64,000 nucleotides of DNA. Origin: an uncultured Chloroflexia bacterium. Lineage in GTDB: Bacteria; Chloroflexota; Dehalococcoidia; Tepidiformales; Tepidiformaceae. Within the stretch, counting starts at the first letter, position 1; each line of letters opens with the position of its first letter. The stretch spans positions 420,208 to 484,207 of the forward strand of contig CAVTUS010000008.1 of assembly GCA_963737965.1 (NCBI GenBank), read 5' to 3'. Below the pieces are notes generated by a model, which worked only from the letters and a program-made list of their open reading frames with translations, was not told where the DNA came from and made no database searches. Shown here one piece after another: positions 29,517-40,265 of this stretch. The position numbers and the translations under genes were made by a program.

Positions 29517-31017
29517 ATGAACGTCGTCACCACAACCAGCGGAAAGCTCGAAGGGCATGCAGCGCGAAGGCCACCTCGCCTTCATGGGCATCCCCTTTGC
29601 CACTGCCGGCCGCTGGAAAGCGCCTACACCCGTTGCCGCCTGGGATGGCGTCCGCCAGGCCGACCGCATAGGCGCCGCCGCTCCGCAGCCCGAGCATCCT
29701 GTCCCCGGCTTCGCCGCCAGCGGCCACCAGGACGAAGACTGCCTCAACCTCAACGTCTTCACACCCGCCCTCGACGACGCCCGGCGGCCCGTCATGCTCT
29801 GGATCCACGGCGGCGGCTTCACCCATGGCGCCGGCTACGAGCCGCTCTACAACGGCGGTCCCCTCGCGCGTCGCGGCGACGTCGTGGTGGTCACCATCAA
29901 CTATCGGCTTGGCGCCCTCGGCTACCTCTACCTCGACAGGCACCTGCCTGACGCCGGCGTCACCGCCAACGCCGGCCAACTCGACCAGGTGGCCGCCCTC
30001 CAGTGGGTGCACGACAACATCGCCGCCTTTGGCGGCGACCCGGGCAACGTCACCATCTTCGGCCAATCCGCCGGGGCGGCCGCGGTGGGGACGCTTCTCG
30101 CCATGCCCGCCGCTACCGGCCTCTTCCACAAGGCGATCATGGAGAGCGGCACCGGCCGTGGTACCCCAGTCGCCCAGGCTGCCGTGGTTACCGATATGGT
30201 CCTCAGCGAACTCGGCATCGAACCGCAGAGGGCCGACGAAATCCTCTCCGCCGGCACCGGCCGAATCCTCGAAGCGCAGGTGAAGGCCGGGGGCCGCGCG
30301 CGCGTGACGATGGGCCTCGCCTTCGGTCCCGTCATCGATGGCGAAATCCTCCCTGAGGAGCCAATTGCCGCCATCGAGGCGGGCAGAGCCGCCGACATCC
30401 CGGTCATGCTTGGTTCCAACCGCGACGAGGTGAAGCAGTTCGTCGCCTTCTCCCACCGCGACGAGATCGATGATGAGGCTCTTGTCGATGCCGCGGCCCG
30501 CGCCCTGCCGAATGCTCCCAAGGCCCAGATCCCGCGGCTGATCTCGCTCTACCGCAACTCACGCATGGCGAAGAACCTGCCGCATACAAACCTCGACCTC
30601 CAGGACGCGATCGAGACCGATGCTCGCACGCGCTACAACGCTATCCGCTTCGCCGAATCCCAGGCGGCGCGCCAGCCGAACACCTTCCTCTACCTCTTCA
30701 CCCACGAGTCGCCCGCCCGGCGCGGCGCTCTCGGCGCCTGCCACTCGCTCGAGATGCCCTTCGTCTTCGGCACCCTCGACGCCCCCACGCAGGACAAGTT
30801 CGCGGGCACCGGCCCCGAGGTCGAACGCCTCTCCGCCAACATGATGGACGCCTGGATCCTTTTCGCCCGCAACGGCAACCCCTCGCACGAAGGCATCGGC
30901 GACTGGCCAGGTTACAACCCGAACACCCGCCCGACGATGGTCTTCGGACCTGAAACAGGCGTCCAAAACGATCCCTTCGGCGAAGAGCGTGCCGCCATCG
31001 CCTCGCTCGCGCGGTGA
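29517..31017 (+). pseudogene. type-B carboxylesterase (para-nitrobenzyl esterase-like), one frameshift at codon ~13
   Basis: ATG at 29517 after GGGAGGAG. MNVVTTTSGKLEG | REGHLAFMGIPFA...EDCLNLNVFTP...WIHGGGF...FGQSAGAA. Confidence 0.85.
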
Positions 31018-31078
31018 CTCCCGGGCCATACGGCCGTGGTAGACTCCGCGCTCGAATCCTGTTCGAAAGGCAACACCG

Positions 31079-32347
31079 ATGACGGCGACCGACGAAGCTC
31101 CCGGGGCGACCATCGCCCCCGCCTACCCGACCCTCCTTGGGAGCGCGATCACCGCTGAACAGCAGCGCCTGCTCGAGCGTGCCCGCACCCACGCCAGGGA
31201 CTTTGCGACCCGCGCCGACGAACACGACCGCGAGAACACCTACCCGCTCGAAAACATCCAGGCGATGAAAGAGAGCGGCTACGCTCACATGACCCTGCCG
31301 AAGGAATTCGGTGGCGAAGGCGTCGGCCTCCTCGACCTTTGCGCCTGCCAGGAGCAACTGGGCCAGGGCTGTGCCGGCACCGCTATCGCTATCAACATGC
31401 ACATCTTCGTGCTCGGCGCCCTCCAGCTCGACCTCGCCGGCACTCCCGAGAGCGCCGGATTGCTCCAGATGCTGAACACCATGGTCGGAGGCCAGAAGCT
31501 CATCCTCTCCGGCTCGTTCAGCGAAACAGGGTCGCCCGGCGCCTACCAGATGCCCGCCACCTCCGCCGTCAAGGTCGATGGCGGTTGGAAGGTGAACGGT
31601 CGCAAGTCCTACACGTCCAACCTCCCCGCGGCCGACATGGTCGGCTTCCTCGTCCACCTCAAGGACCACCCCGACGGCGATGACATGGTCGCGAACATCA
31701 GTGTCCCCAAGTCGACGCCCGGTATCTCCAGCCCCGGCGCAGCCAGCTGGGATGTGCTGGGCGTCCGCGCCAGCGGCTCCTGGGACCTCATTCTCGAAGA
31801 CGTCTTCGTCCCCGACATGATGGTCCGCGCTCCCGTCCACGCGGCCCAGGCGCTCTCGGCGATGTCGAGCTTCATCTCCTGGTTCACGGTCACCGTCTCG
31901 GCAGTCTATCTCGGAGTTGCCCAGGCAGCGGTCGACTGGACTACCAACTACATCACCAGCCGTAAGCCGGCCATGGAAGAGCGCCCCCTTAGCCACATGC
32001 CGGGTATGCAGTACAAGCTCGCCGAAATGATTGCCCTCAACGAAGCTAGCCGCGGCCTGATCAAGCGCTCCGCCGAGAGCTGGGCTTCCGGTCACTGGGA
32101 CCAGGTCGATGCGGGTGCCAACGGTGCTATCTGCAAGTACATCGTCAGCAACAACAACAACCGCGTCCTCGACCTTGCTATGGACGTCGCGGGCGGTCCG
32201 GGACTCTTCCGCCAATTCGGCCTCGAACGCCTCTACCGCGACGTCCGGGCGAACAAGCAACACCCGCCGTCCGACATGCTCGGTCTCGAATGGATTGCCA
32301 AGCGGCACCTCGGGATCGGGCTCGACTTCCGTCCCCGCTGGGCCTGA
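31079..32347 (+). CDS. acyl-CoA dehydrogenase-family protein
   Basis: 422 aa with ACAD-like domain order (ENIQAMKESGY..., GSFSETGSPG, C-terminal helical domain). Confidence 0.8.
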   Translation: MTATDEAPGATIAPAYPTLLGSAITAEQQRLLERARTHARDFATRADEHDRENTYPLENIQAMKESGYAHMTLPKEFGGEGVGLLDLCACQEQLGQGCAGTAIAINMHIFVLGALQLDLAGTPESAGLLQMLNTMVGGQKLILSGSFSETGSPGAYQMPATSAVKVDGGWKVNGRKSYTSNLPAADMVGFLVHLKDHPDGDDMVANISVPKSTPGISSPGAASWDVLGVRASGSWDLILEDVFVPDMMVRAPVHAAQALSAMSSFISWFTVTVSAVYLGVAQAAVDWTTNYITSRKPAMEERPLSHMPGMQYKLAEMIALNEASRGLIKRSAESWASGHWDQVDAGANGAICKYIVSNNNNRVLDLAMDVAGGPGLFRQFGLERLYRDVRANKQHPPSDMLGLEWIAKRHLGIGLDFRPRWA

Positions 32348-32424
32348 CACCATCTCCCACACCCGCTTGAATTGGCATAGGATGCGACCACGCGAAGGTC
32401 TCCCGCAGGCAGCGGAGGTGGATT

Positions 32425-33108
32425 GTGGCCGAACGACGCCGGCTGATCAGGGTCATGACCGTCGACGACCATGCCGTGATGCGGCAGGGCCTCAGCGTGC
32501 TTCTCGGCCATGTGGATGATGTCCAGGTGGTCGGGTCCGCTTCCGACGGGCGCCAGGCAGTCCAGCTGGCCCAGGAACTTCGGCCCGATGTCCTCCTCAT
32601 GGACGCCGTCATGCCCGGGCTCAACGGCCTCGATGCCACCCGCCAGGTCAAACAGTCCTTGCCCGATGCCCGCGTCATCATGCTCAGCGGCTACGTCGAC
32701 GAAGACCAGTTGATCGAGGCGATTCGCGCCGGCGTTGACGGCTACATCGAGAAGAGCACCGGCATCGACGAGGTGTTGCGGGCCGTCCGCACGGTCATTC
32801 GCGGCACAAAGTACTTCTCCCGCACTCTGGAAGAGAAGTTCAACCTGCCGGACCTCCTCCTCCAGGCCCAGGCGGGCGAGCGCACGACCGGACTTGAGGC
32901 CCTCTCGCCCCGCGAGCGTGAGGTGCTCCAGCTTATCGGGGAGGCCAGCTCCAACCAGCGTGTCGCCCAGGAGCTGAACATCAGTATCAAGACCGTCGAG
33001 GCCCACCTCACCCGGATCAAAGAGAAGCTCAACGCCCGCAACCGCGGCGACATGATCCGCATCGCCCTCCGCGCCGGCCTTGTCCGCGACGAACAGCGCA
33101 TCGACTAG
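32425..33108 (+). CDS. NarL/FixJ-type response regulator (REC + LuxR HTH)
   Basis: IRVMTVDDHAVMRQGL...DVLLMDAVMPGLNG and LSPREREVLQLIGEASSNQRVAQELNISIKTVEAHLTRI. Confidence 0.9.
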   Translation: MAERRRLIRVMTVDDHAVMRQGLSVLLGHVDDVQVVGSASDGRQAVQLAQELRPDVLLMDAVMPGLNGLDATRQVKQSLPDARVIMLSGYVDEDQLIEAIRAGVDGYIEKSTGIDEVLRAVRTVIRGTKYFSRTLEEKFNLPDLLLQAQAGERTTGLEALSPREREVLQLIGEASSNQRVAQELNISIKTVEAHLTRIKEKLNARNRGDMIRIALRAGLVRDEQRID

Positions 33109-33218
33109 TACTTCGCGAAGAAAGTTGGCGTTTGCGCGTTCAACGCCTCGCAATGTGGGCTGGGGGTTGAGGGCCGGTCTCCGGGCATCGAACGCTGAAT
33201 TTCGCCACTGAGTACTAG
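33105..33218. repeat. MITE-like element, copy 2 (114 bp)
   Basis: CTAGTACT...AGTACTAG termini, with arms that pair imperfectly over ~45 nt. Its first CTAG supplies the TAG stop of the response regulator. Confidence 0.75.
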
Positions 33219-33283
33219 GCACTCGCCTCCAGCACTCGTCCCCGCCCTGTAGGATTCGCTTCCACACCTCCGGGGGGACCGCA

Positions 33284-34051
33284 ATGGCAAAGCTCGAGAA
33301 CAGGGTCGCATTCATCACCGGCGCCGGTAGCGGCATAGGTCGCGCCAGTGCCCTCCGCATGGCCTCCGAAGGCGCCGCCATCATGTGCGCCGACCTCGAC
33401 GAAGAAGCCGCCCAGGGCACCGCCGCGGCGATCGCCGAGCATGGCGGCAAGTCCGCGGCGATGAAGATCGATGTCTCCTCAAGTGACGAAGTGAAGGCAG
33501 CGCTCGAACAGACGGCCCGCGACCTCGGCGGCCTGCACGTCATCTACAACAACGCGGGGGTCGGCGGTGGCTTCGGCTGGGACCGCACCATCGCAATCAA
33601 CCTCAGCGGCGTCTACTACGGCCTCTTCCATGGCGCTCCCTTCCTCGCCGAGCGCGGCGGCGGCGCCATCATCAGCACGGCGTCCGTCGCCGGGCTCGTC
33701 GGCCTCGTTGGCGTCCAGCCGGCCGAACCGGGTCAGCCCCTTGCCGAAGGTGCCGGCGCTTACGTTGCCGCCAAGCATGGCGTGGCCGGGCTCACCAAGC
33801 AGTTCGCCATCACCTTCGCCCGCCAGGGCGTCCGCGTGAACGCCATCGCGCCCGGCTACATCGAGACGCCGATGATCGCGATGGCCAGCGAGGATCCCAA
33901 CGCTCGCCGCTTCCTCGAGTCACTGCACCCGATGGGCCGCCTCGGCCAGCCGGAGGAGATCGCTGCCGCCGCTGCCTTCCTCGCCAGCGACGATGCCAGC
34001 TTCATCACCGGCATCGTCCTCCCCGTGGATGGCGGTTACACCTCGCGCTAG
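33284..34051 (+). CDS. SDR-family oxidoreductase
   Basis: [24 protein letters not shown]. Confidence 0.9.
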   Translation: MAKLENRVAFITGAGSGIGRASALRMASEGAAIMCADLDEEAAQGTAAAIAEHGGKSAAMKIDVSSSDEVKAALEQTARDLGGLHVIYNNAGVGGGFGWDRTIAINLSGVYYGLFHGAPFLAERGGGAIISTASVAGLVGLVGVQPAEPGQPLAEGAGAYVAAKHGVAGLTKQFAITFARQGVRVNAIAPGYIETPMIAMASEDPNARRFLESLHPMGRLGQPEEIAAAAAFLASDDASFITGIVLPVDGGYTSR

Positions 34052-35010
34052 AGGCGGCGCTCCAACGCCGAGCTAACCGGCTGAAAGTACCGACCCCAAA
34101 AGCTGTCCGCTTCGAGGTTGGCCGACTCGTGGTCAACGGAAAGTACCGTTAGCCCGCGACGTTCGGCTTCGGAAGCCACAGCGGACAGCAGTGCCTGCGC
34201 CACGCCCGTGCCGCGATGCTCAGGTTCCACGAACATGCCGTTGATGGCGAGGACCTCATCGCCGTGAACCGCATAGGAGACATCGAACTGCGGCTCCTGG
34301 GCCTTGATGTAGCCGACCGGCTTCCCACCGTAGCTGGCGACAAAGGCAATGGACGACTCGCCGCGGAGCCAGTCGGTCCACCGCTCGACCGACCACCCGG
34401 TGGCCGCGGGGAGGAACACCGGCGACGCCTCCAGGTGCGCTTCGAGCAGGGCGTGGAGTCGCGAGAGGTCCACTGCGTGCTCTGCGGTCGCTGGTGTGAT
34501 CGTGCAGGCTGCGGGAACCACCGGGTCACCGACGGCCGAGCGCACGTGCGACACCGGTGAGGCACGGTTTGCCAGGAAGCGCCCGAAGCCGAGCTGGACG
34601 AAGGCCTCTTCGGTCTGGCTGTCAGTGGCGAATACGGACACCGTATGCAACCGGCAATCACGCTGCACCAGTTCCGCGGCAAGAGCCCGGTAGAGGTGAC
34701 CGACATCGCGGCTGCCATTGCCAGCGTTGGTGGCGGCGCAAGCCCACTCGAGGGCGAGGCCGCCAACCGTTGCCCCGCGTAAGCCAGGGATAAGCAACAT
34801 GCCAAGAAAGGTCTTGAGGCGTCCTTCATCGAATGCCCCGAATGCGACCCCTTCGTCGGCAAGCCTGGCGAGTTCTTGGCCGAGGACTGACGTGGCGCCC
34901 GCGGGCAGGAACGGCAACTCGGTTCGCAGCCTGGCGTGGCCGGATACTGCGAGGTCCAACATCGCAGGGATGTCGTCGGAGGTGAGCGCGCGTATCGCGG
35001 AGGAAGCCAC
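34048..35010 (-). CDS. GNAT-family N-acetyltransferase (two-lobed)
   Basis: 320 aa. The C-terminal lobe has MFVEPEHRGTGVAQALL (acetyl-CoA motif A). Confidence 0.7.
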   Translation of the reverse strand: MASSAIRALTSDDIPAMLDLAVSGHARLRTELPFLPAGATSVLGQELARLADEGVAFGAFDEGRLKTFLGMLLIPGLRGATVGGLALEWACAATNAGNGSRDVGHLYRALAAELVQRDCRLHTVSVFATDSQTEEAFVQLGFGRFLANRASPVSHVRSAVGDPVVPAACTITPATAEHAVDLSRLHALLEAHLEASPVFLPAATGWSVERWTDWLRGESSIAFVASYGGKPVGYIKAQEPQFDVSYAVHGDEVLAINGMFVEPEHRGTGVAQALLSAVASEAERRGLTVLSVDHESANLEADSFWGRYFQPVSSALERRL

Positions 35011-35028
35011 CGCGGAAGTGTACGCCGG

Positions 35029-36345
35029 CTAGCCCGACCCGCCGCCCGGCGCCGCCTCTTCGACGTGCACCGGCACCGCCGGATGGTGGCTCATTACGCC
35101 GGCATCGTGGGGCAGGTCGTGCTCCTCGATCGGCGGACGCTGCCCGTACTTTCGATGTGCCCTGTACCACGCCCCAAAGAGCACCGGTAGCCCGATCGCC
35201 CCGACCGCGAGTCCGAGCCCGTAGCCGGCCCGCAGTCCGTGGTTCTGCGCCAGCCACCCGGTCAGCGGTACCATCACCCCGATCAGCAGGCTCAGCATGA
35301 ACGAGTAGAGCGAGAGCACGGTTGCCCGCTGAGCACTCGGCACGCGCCGGTTCACGTAGTCGGTCACCACCGGCTGAGCCGTACCTTCCACCGCCGCCGC
35401 GAGCGGAAACACCAGCACGACCCAGAGCGCATCGACGCCGGCGAAAAAGACCAGTGGCACCAGCGCCATGCCCGCGAGCACGATGAGCATCCGTGGGAAG
35501 CCTGCCCGTAGCACCAGCCGGTAAGCCACCAACGAGCCAACGATGCTCAGACCCTGGCCAGGCAGCATCATGGTCCCCCACCAGCCCACCGCCACACCCT
35601 GGTGGTCCAGGAAGGGCTGGATGAAGATCCAGGTGATCCCGGCGGTCGCTACGGTCAGCGCCGCCAACGGCATGACCGTCCGCAACTGCGGTTCCCCCGA
35701 CACCAGCTTGACCGCGTACTTGGTGCTCGCTGCAAAGCCGAGCCGCTCTTCGCCTTCGTCGTGCCGCGGCGGTTCGTGCAGCAGGAACGAGACGCCAATA
35801 AGCGGAAGCGTGAGGACCGCCCCGGCGATCACCGCGAAGTGGATGGAGGTGAACTCCGCCAGGGCGGCCCCTCCGACGAGGCTCGCGGCCAACCCGACGG
35901 ACTGCAGCGCCCAACAACGGCCCCAGAGCTTCTGGTAGTCGTGCTCCCGGCCGGCCGCCTTCAGCGAGTCGTAGAAGAGCGCGGCATCGGCCCCCGAAAA
36001 CAACGTAATCGCCAGCGCGAGGAGCATGTAGCTCCCGAAGAGCACGCCAAAATTGTCGGAAAAAGCAAAGGCAAACATGCCCGCCGCATTCACGATCGCG
36101 CCCGCCCGCAGCGACATCGTCCGGCCAAACCGGTCGGCGATGACGCCCGTCGGCACTTCAAGCAGCAGTGTGGCCAGCCAGAAGGGCCCTTCCATCGCTG
36201 TCACCTGGCCGAGCGTCAGTCCCCGCACGTCGATCAGGTAGATCACCCAGATAGGGAGAAAGAGCTGCAGCATGTAGAGGAACGAGAACGCGTAGAAACG
36301 CGGCACGTTCGATTCGTAGGCATGCGGGTTCGCGACGTTGGACAT
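35029..36345 (-). CDS. MFS transporter
   Basis: 438 aa, about 12 hydrophobic helices, GVIADRFGR motif. Confidence 0.85.
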   Translation of the reverse strand: MSNVANPHAYESNVPRFYAFSFLYMLQLFLPIWVIYLIDVRGLTLGQVTAMEGPFWLATLLLEVPTGVIADRFGRTMSLRAGAIVNAAGMFAFAFSDNFGVLFGSYMLLALAITLFSGADAALFYDSLKAAGREHDYQKLWGRCWALQSVGLAASLVGGAALAEFTSIHFAVIAGAVLTLPLIGVSFLLHEPPRHDEGEERLGFAASTKYAVKLVSGEPQLRTVMPLAALTVATAGITWIFIQPFLDHQGVAVGWWGTMMLPGQGLSIVGSLVAYRLVLRAGFPRMLIVLAGMALVPLVFFAGVDALWVVLVFPLAAAVEGTAQPVVTDYVNRRVPSAQRATVLSLYSFMLSLLIGVMVPLTGWLAQNHGLRAGYGLGLAVGAIGLPVLFGAWYRAHRKYGQRPPIEEHDLPHDAGVMSHHPAVPVHVEEAAPGGGSG

Positions 36346-36455
36346 GGGCAGCGCTCATTGAACGCCAGAACGCCTCTATGGTTACCGTTTCACGCCACGA
36401 TTTGGCCTTGCCCTGACATTCGTGTGTCCCACGTCACACGCGAGTCGCGGCAGCG

Positions 36456-36953
36456 TTGGTTGCGATGCCGATCTGCGGACATCCGACTGTCAGGGGCACG
36501 CCCTGCCGCTGGGAACGTGACGAATGTAACTACCACCGCGGCCAGCGGATCGCTGCGGTCGCACCCCCGGCTCCGGACGAAACCACGTCGCTGCCACCAC
36601 GCGCGGCCGCGGCCATCGAAGGGCACAGGCTGCATGCACTCGGCTGGTGGCTGGTGGAGGCTGTGGTGGGCGGAAGCATCGATCGGGAGCGGACCGCCTC
36701 GGTGGTGAGCATCATGCGCGTCCTCGTCTCCCTCGGCGACGAACCACCCTCCGACGACGACGTCCGGAACGAGGCGCTTCTGCGCGCTCAGCTCGCCTTC
36801 GGGATGCCGCCAAGGAACGAAGCCGAATGGGAACTCGCAGAACGGCTCCTCGACCCCGAGACCCTGCGCGAGGTTCATCGGCAGGTGGACGAAGCCGACC
36901 GTCGGGCCGCCGCACTTCAATCAGATATAGGAGATAGCCATGATCGCGGTTAG
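36456..36953 (+). CDS. hypothetical protein with an N-terminal Cys/His cluster
   Basis: MPICGHPTVRGTPCRWERDECNYH, then an Ala/Arg-rich helical region. Its 3' end overlaps the convergent gene by 33 nt. Confidence 0.45.
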   Translation: MVAMPICGHPTVRGTPCRWERDECNYHRGQRIAAVAPPAPDETTSLPPRAAAAIEGHRLHALGWWLVEAVVGGSIDRERTASVVSIMRVLVSLGDEPPSDDDVRNEALLRAQLAFGMPPRNEAEWELAERLLDPETLREVHRQVDEADRRAAALQSDIGDSHDRG

Positions 36954-37475
36954 CCAGTTCGACAGTGGTACCGATGCGCTGACGAGGTCGACGTTGCCGC
37001 TCTCCGCCACATAGACCACCGTGTCTGTGCCGCTCTCGGCCAGGAAATAGCGCAGCGTCACAAGGCGAATGCCATCGGAGCGGATCCCGCGCATCTCGAC
37101 GTACCCATCCGATGGGGCTCCCATGGCCGCGGCAAGGTCCACCAGCGTTACGCCGGTGTACGTCTCGCCGTCCGCCGCCTCAATTTCGCTCTGGGGCATT
37201 GCCGCGAGGTCGGCCGCCGTGGGTTGCAACACCGTCTCGCCGTAGTTCACCACCATCAGCGGGTCGGTATCGGCCACGCGGGTGGGCGTCGCAATCGGTT
37301 CGTCGGGCGTTGCCGTCGGGCTCTCACTCGGAGTCAGGGTTGCCGCCGGCGTGCCGTTGTTCGAACTGGCGTCACTCGTGGCAGTCGCGTCCGATCCGTC
37401 GTCGTCGCCTCCGCAGCCCGCTACGGCGAGCAGCAGCAACGGTCCGGCAAGGCAAAGGGCAGCGATGCGAATCAC
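36921..37475 (-). CDS. lipoprotein, unknown function
   Basis: Lipobox LLLAVAGC followed by GGDDDGSD and a Thr/Pro linker. Confidence 0.7.
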   Translation of the reverse strand: MIRIAALCLAGPLLLLAVAGCGGDDDGSDATATSDASSNNGTPAATLTPSESPTATPDEPIATPTRVADTDPLMVVNYGETVLQPTAADLAAMPQSEIEAADGETYTGVTLVDLAAAMGAPSDGYVEMRGIRSDGIRLVTLRYFLAESGTDTVVYVAESGNVDLVSASVPLSNWLTAIMAISYI

Positions 37476-37550
37476 AGGGAGCCTCAGGAAGAAGATAGGT
37501 TCACGCTAGGTCCCGGCCGATATCCGGGCAACGGCAGCGTAACGAAGCGG

Positions 37551-38576
37551 TTAGGGAGTCTCTTCTGAGCCGGCTGCATCCGTCGGTGCCGGTGAGACGG
37601 TGCCAGTGGACGATTCCGTTGTCGGTGAGCTCTCGGAAGGCGCTTCGGTTGCGGGGACCGGAGTCTCGCTGGCAACAGGCGTGCCGGGCGTCGCCGATGC
37701 GTCCGGATCAGTCGTCGGCGTCACCGTAGGCGTTCCCTGTTCGCTCGTCGGCGAAGGCGTGGCCGTCTTCGTTGGGGTAGGTGACGGGGCCGAGACGCCG
37801 GTAATCACGCCTGCGAGGCTTGCCGCCGCCGCAAGTGTGTCGTCGATCTCGTCGGAGAGTTCCGGTTGGGCCGCCTTTGCCGTCGCCAGCACGGCACTCG
37901 CCGATTCGGAAACAGCCTTCACGTTGGCGCGCTGCACGGGGTCCAGCTCCTTGTCGCCAACGAGGGTGCCCAGCTCGTCGAGCTCTTTCCGGACATCCTG
38001 CACGTTCTCTTCCGATATGCGCCCCTGCTCGCTGAGCTTCTGGAATTCCTCGATCCGCACCAGGGAGTGCTGGATCTGGATGTCTGTGCGGGCGTCACCG
38101 CTGGAAAGGGAGTATTCGAGCCGTTCACCGGCGATCTTGAAGGCATAGTTCCAGTCGCCCGGGACCGAGTCGCCCGAGGTGACGACGCCGAGTGTCATCA
38201 CGCTGAGGCCGCCAAGCACAATCGCGACCGCGGAACCGGCCATCACGCCCTGGAAGCGCAGGAATCCGGCGGCCGCCGGCACCGGCGCCACCACCGCCAC
38301 AGGTTCGTGGACGGGAGCGGCAGCACGGGTTGCCCGTTCCACGCCGGCTTCCACGAAGCGGTTCTTCAGCGACGCTTCGAAGTAATAGCTCGCTTCCTCA
38401 ACGGCGAAGCTCTCGCCGATCACGATCCCCGTGTCGAGGAGGGGGGCCAGCCATTCGGCATCGTCCGGGTAGAGGTCGAGGACGAACGAAAGTTCCAGCC
38501 CATCGTCGATCAGACCCTGGGCCTCAGCGAAGATCTCTCCTTCGCGGTTCGTGCGCCGTAACAGCCGGCCGATCAC
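37551..38576 (-). CDS. probable anti-sigma factor (single-pass membrane protein, Pro/Thr-rich C-terminus)
   Basis: 4-nt overlap with the upstream ECF sigma gene. Central TM GSAVAIVLGGLSVMTLGVV. Extracytoplasmic helical domain. Confidence 0.6.
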   Translation of the reverse strand: MIGRLLRRTNREGEIFAEAQGLIDDGLELSFVLDLYPDDAEWLAPLLDTGIVIGESFAVEEASYYFEASLKNRFVEAGVERATRAAAPVHEPVAVVAPVPAAAGFLRFQGVMAGSAVAIVLGGLSVMTLGVVTSGDSVPGDWNYAFKIAGERLEYSLSSGDARTDIQIQHSLVRIEEFQKLSEQGRISEENVQDVRKELDELGTLVGDKELDPVQRANVKAVSESASAVLATAKAAQPELSDEIDDTLAAAASLAGVITGVSAPSPTPTKTATPSPTSEQGTPTVTPTTDPDASATPGTPVASETPVPATEAPSESSPTTESSTGTVSPAPTDAAGSEETP

Positions 38577-39142
38577 TCGTCTTTCACCATCTTCTGTAAT
38601 CGCGACACTGCCTTGTGTTGAAGCACTTTCACATTGTTCTCGGATTTACCCAGGACCGATGCCGTCTCTTTCACCGAAAGCCCGGCGCCGAAACGAAGCG
38701 CGATCACCTGGCGCTGTGCATCGGGGAGCCGTTCTGCGGCCTGGCGGACCACGATCAGCGTCGACTCCATCTCGATGCTGCCCGTGAAGTCGGGCGTCGC
38801 GTCTTCGATGGTATCGGTGAGCTGGACGTTGCCGCCGCGGTGTTTCTGCCTCCGCACGAACGAGACAAGCTCGTTGCGGGCGATGCGGAACACCCAGGCG
38901 CCGAAGGGGAGGCCTCGCCACGAGAAGCTGCCGATGTTGTCGATGATCTTGAGAAAGATCTCGTTGGTAACATCTTCGGCGTCCTCGTTGTTGCCGAGGC
39001 GGGCAACGGTGTAGCGGAACACCCTCGGGAAGTAAAACTCGTAGAGCGCTGTGAGCGCCTCACGGTCTCCCTGCTTGGCCGATTCGACGGCAACGCGCTC
39101 GTCAAAATCTGGTGCCAGCTCTTCCACAGAGAGATTTGCCAA
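38573..39142 (-). CDS. ECF-type RNA polymerase sigma-70 factor
   Basis: Region 2 FFPRVFRYTVARLGNNEDAEDVTNEIFLK. Region 4 LPDAQRQVIALRFGAGLSVKETASVLGKSENNVKVLQHKA. TTG start, so the 5' end is somewhat uncertain. Confidence 0.85.
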   Translation of the reverse strand: MANLSVEELAPDFDERVAVESAKQGDREALTALYEFYFPRVFRYTVARLGNNEDAEDVTNEIFLKIIDNIGSFSWRGLPFGAWVFRIARNELVSFVRRQKHRGGNVQLTDTIEDATPDFTGSIEMESTLIVVRQAAERLPDAQRQVIALRFGAGLSVKETASVLGKSENNVKVLQHKAVSRLQKMVKDE

Positions 39143-39655
39143 ACCAGCCCCCTGGGCCGCCGTTCACCTGGATCCGGGACGTGCCTCCTTCCGAGGATAG
39201 TGCGCGATGTCTTTCGCACTAGAGATAACGTCGATTCGTTGCCAAAGGTTAATGGCGATCCGGCATACCACAACGGCCGTCTCGCGATGCCCTGCTGTTC
39301 GTGTGAACGTTCCGCAGCAGGGGTTCAAAACCGTGATTCGCTGTGGTAATCTTATCACTGTCATCGATGTGCCTTATGAAGGCCACAAGACGTATCGACG
39401 ACGCCATAAGGAGGATTTGCACATGCGCAGCAAGCTCCACATGGTCTACGGAGTATTCGAAGTCGACAGGTGAGGCTCGCAAGAAGCGGGCCAGGTACCG
39501 ATCCGTCGGCTGCTGCCTCTCATTCAGTTGAATACGCATCAAGTTGCGGGCTCTCACCTTTGTGAGGCCCCCTCGCTCCAACGGAGCGGCCGCGAGGGCG
39601 AGCAGGTCAGGCGGATAACAAGCGCCGATGCAAGAGGCGCATGAAGCGAACGAAT

Positions 39656-39680
39656 GCGGGCCCCGGGTGACGGGGCCCGC
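39656..39680 (-). terminator. GC-rich hairpin downstream of the cupin gene
   Basis: GCGGGCCCCG-ggtga-CGGGGCCCGC, a 10-bp perfect stem. The trailing sequence on the reverse strand (attcgttcgcttc) is only moderately T-rich. Confidence 0.4.
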
Positions 39681-39774
39681 AATGCGTCCGGTGGGATTGC
39701 AGCGGACGCCATCCGCGGCTACCTGTAGCTATCCGACGCGCGATCGTGAGTGGGAGCGGTGCCGGGTTAGGGCG

Positions 39775-40254
39775 CTACCGGAAGAGATTGTCGTGGGCGA
39801 TGAAGAACGCCTCTCGCTCCTCCGGGTTCATCTTGGGGACTTCGGCCAGGCCTTCGAAGTAGGCTTCCCGGTCGACGCCGGGGGCGAAGAGGATGAGGAA
39901 CGAGGCCGGAAATTCTGATTCGTTCTTGAAGGCGTGAAGGCCGCCCGGCGGGACATACGCAAAGTCGCCAGGCTTCGCCGCGATCCAGTCCGCGCCGTCG
40001 AAGATGTTGACGGTGCCGGAGAGTACGAAGAACGACTCCGAGATGGTGCGGTGGATGTGGCGGGCGGCACCGGGAGCGCCGGGCGCCATGTCGACCCGGT
40101 AGAGGCCAAACTCGCCGTTGGTGCTGGTATTCGTCGCGAGGTAGTGGAATCGGCTGCCGTCCGCCCGCTCGATCGCAGGCGGCGTTGCTGCAGGACGGAA
40201 TGTTGCGCTCACTTCGCCGTCGTCTCCGTGGTACCTCGCCGGTGGATAGCTCAC
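39775..40254 (-). CDS. cupin-domain protein
   Basis: 159 aa. GAARHIHRTISESFFVLSG...PPGGLHAF cupin motifs. Confidence 0.8.
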   Translation of the reverse strand: MSYPPARYHGDDGEVSATFRPAATPPAIERADGSRFHYLATNTSTNGEFGLYRVDMAPGAPGAARHIHRTISESFFVLSGTVNIFDGADWIAAKPGDFAYVPPGGLHAFKNESEFPASFLILFAPGVDREAYFEGLAEVPKMNPEEREAFFIAHDNLFR

Positions 40255-40265
40255 CCTCGCCCTCC

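Noticed and set aside
39300-39330. tRNA T-loop-like string GGTTCAAAACC.
   Set aside because: The flanking bases do not form a T-stem, and no acceptor or anticodon arms can be drawn. No tRNA is called anywhere in the window.
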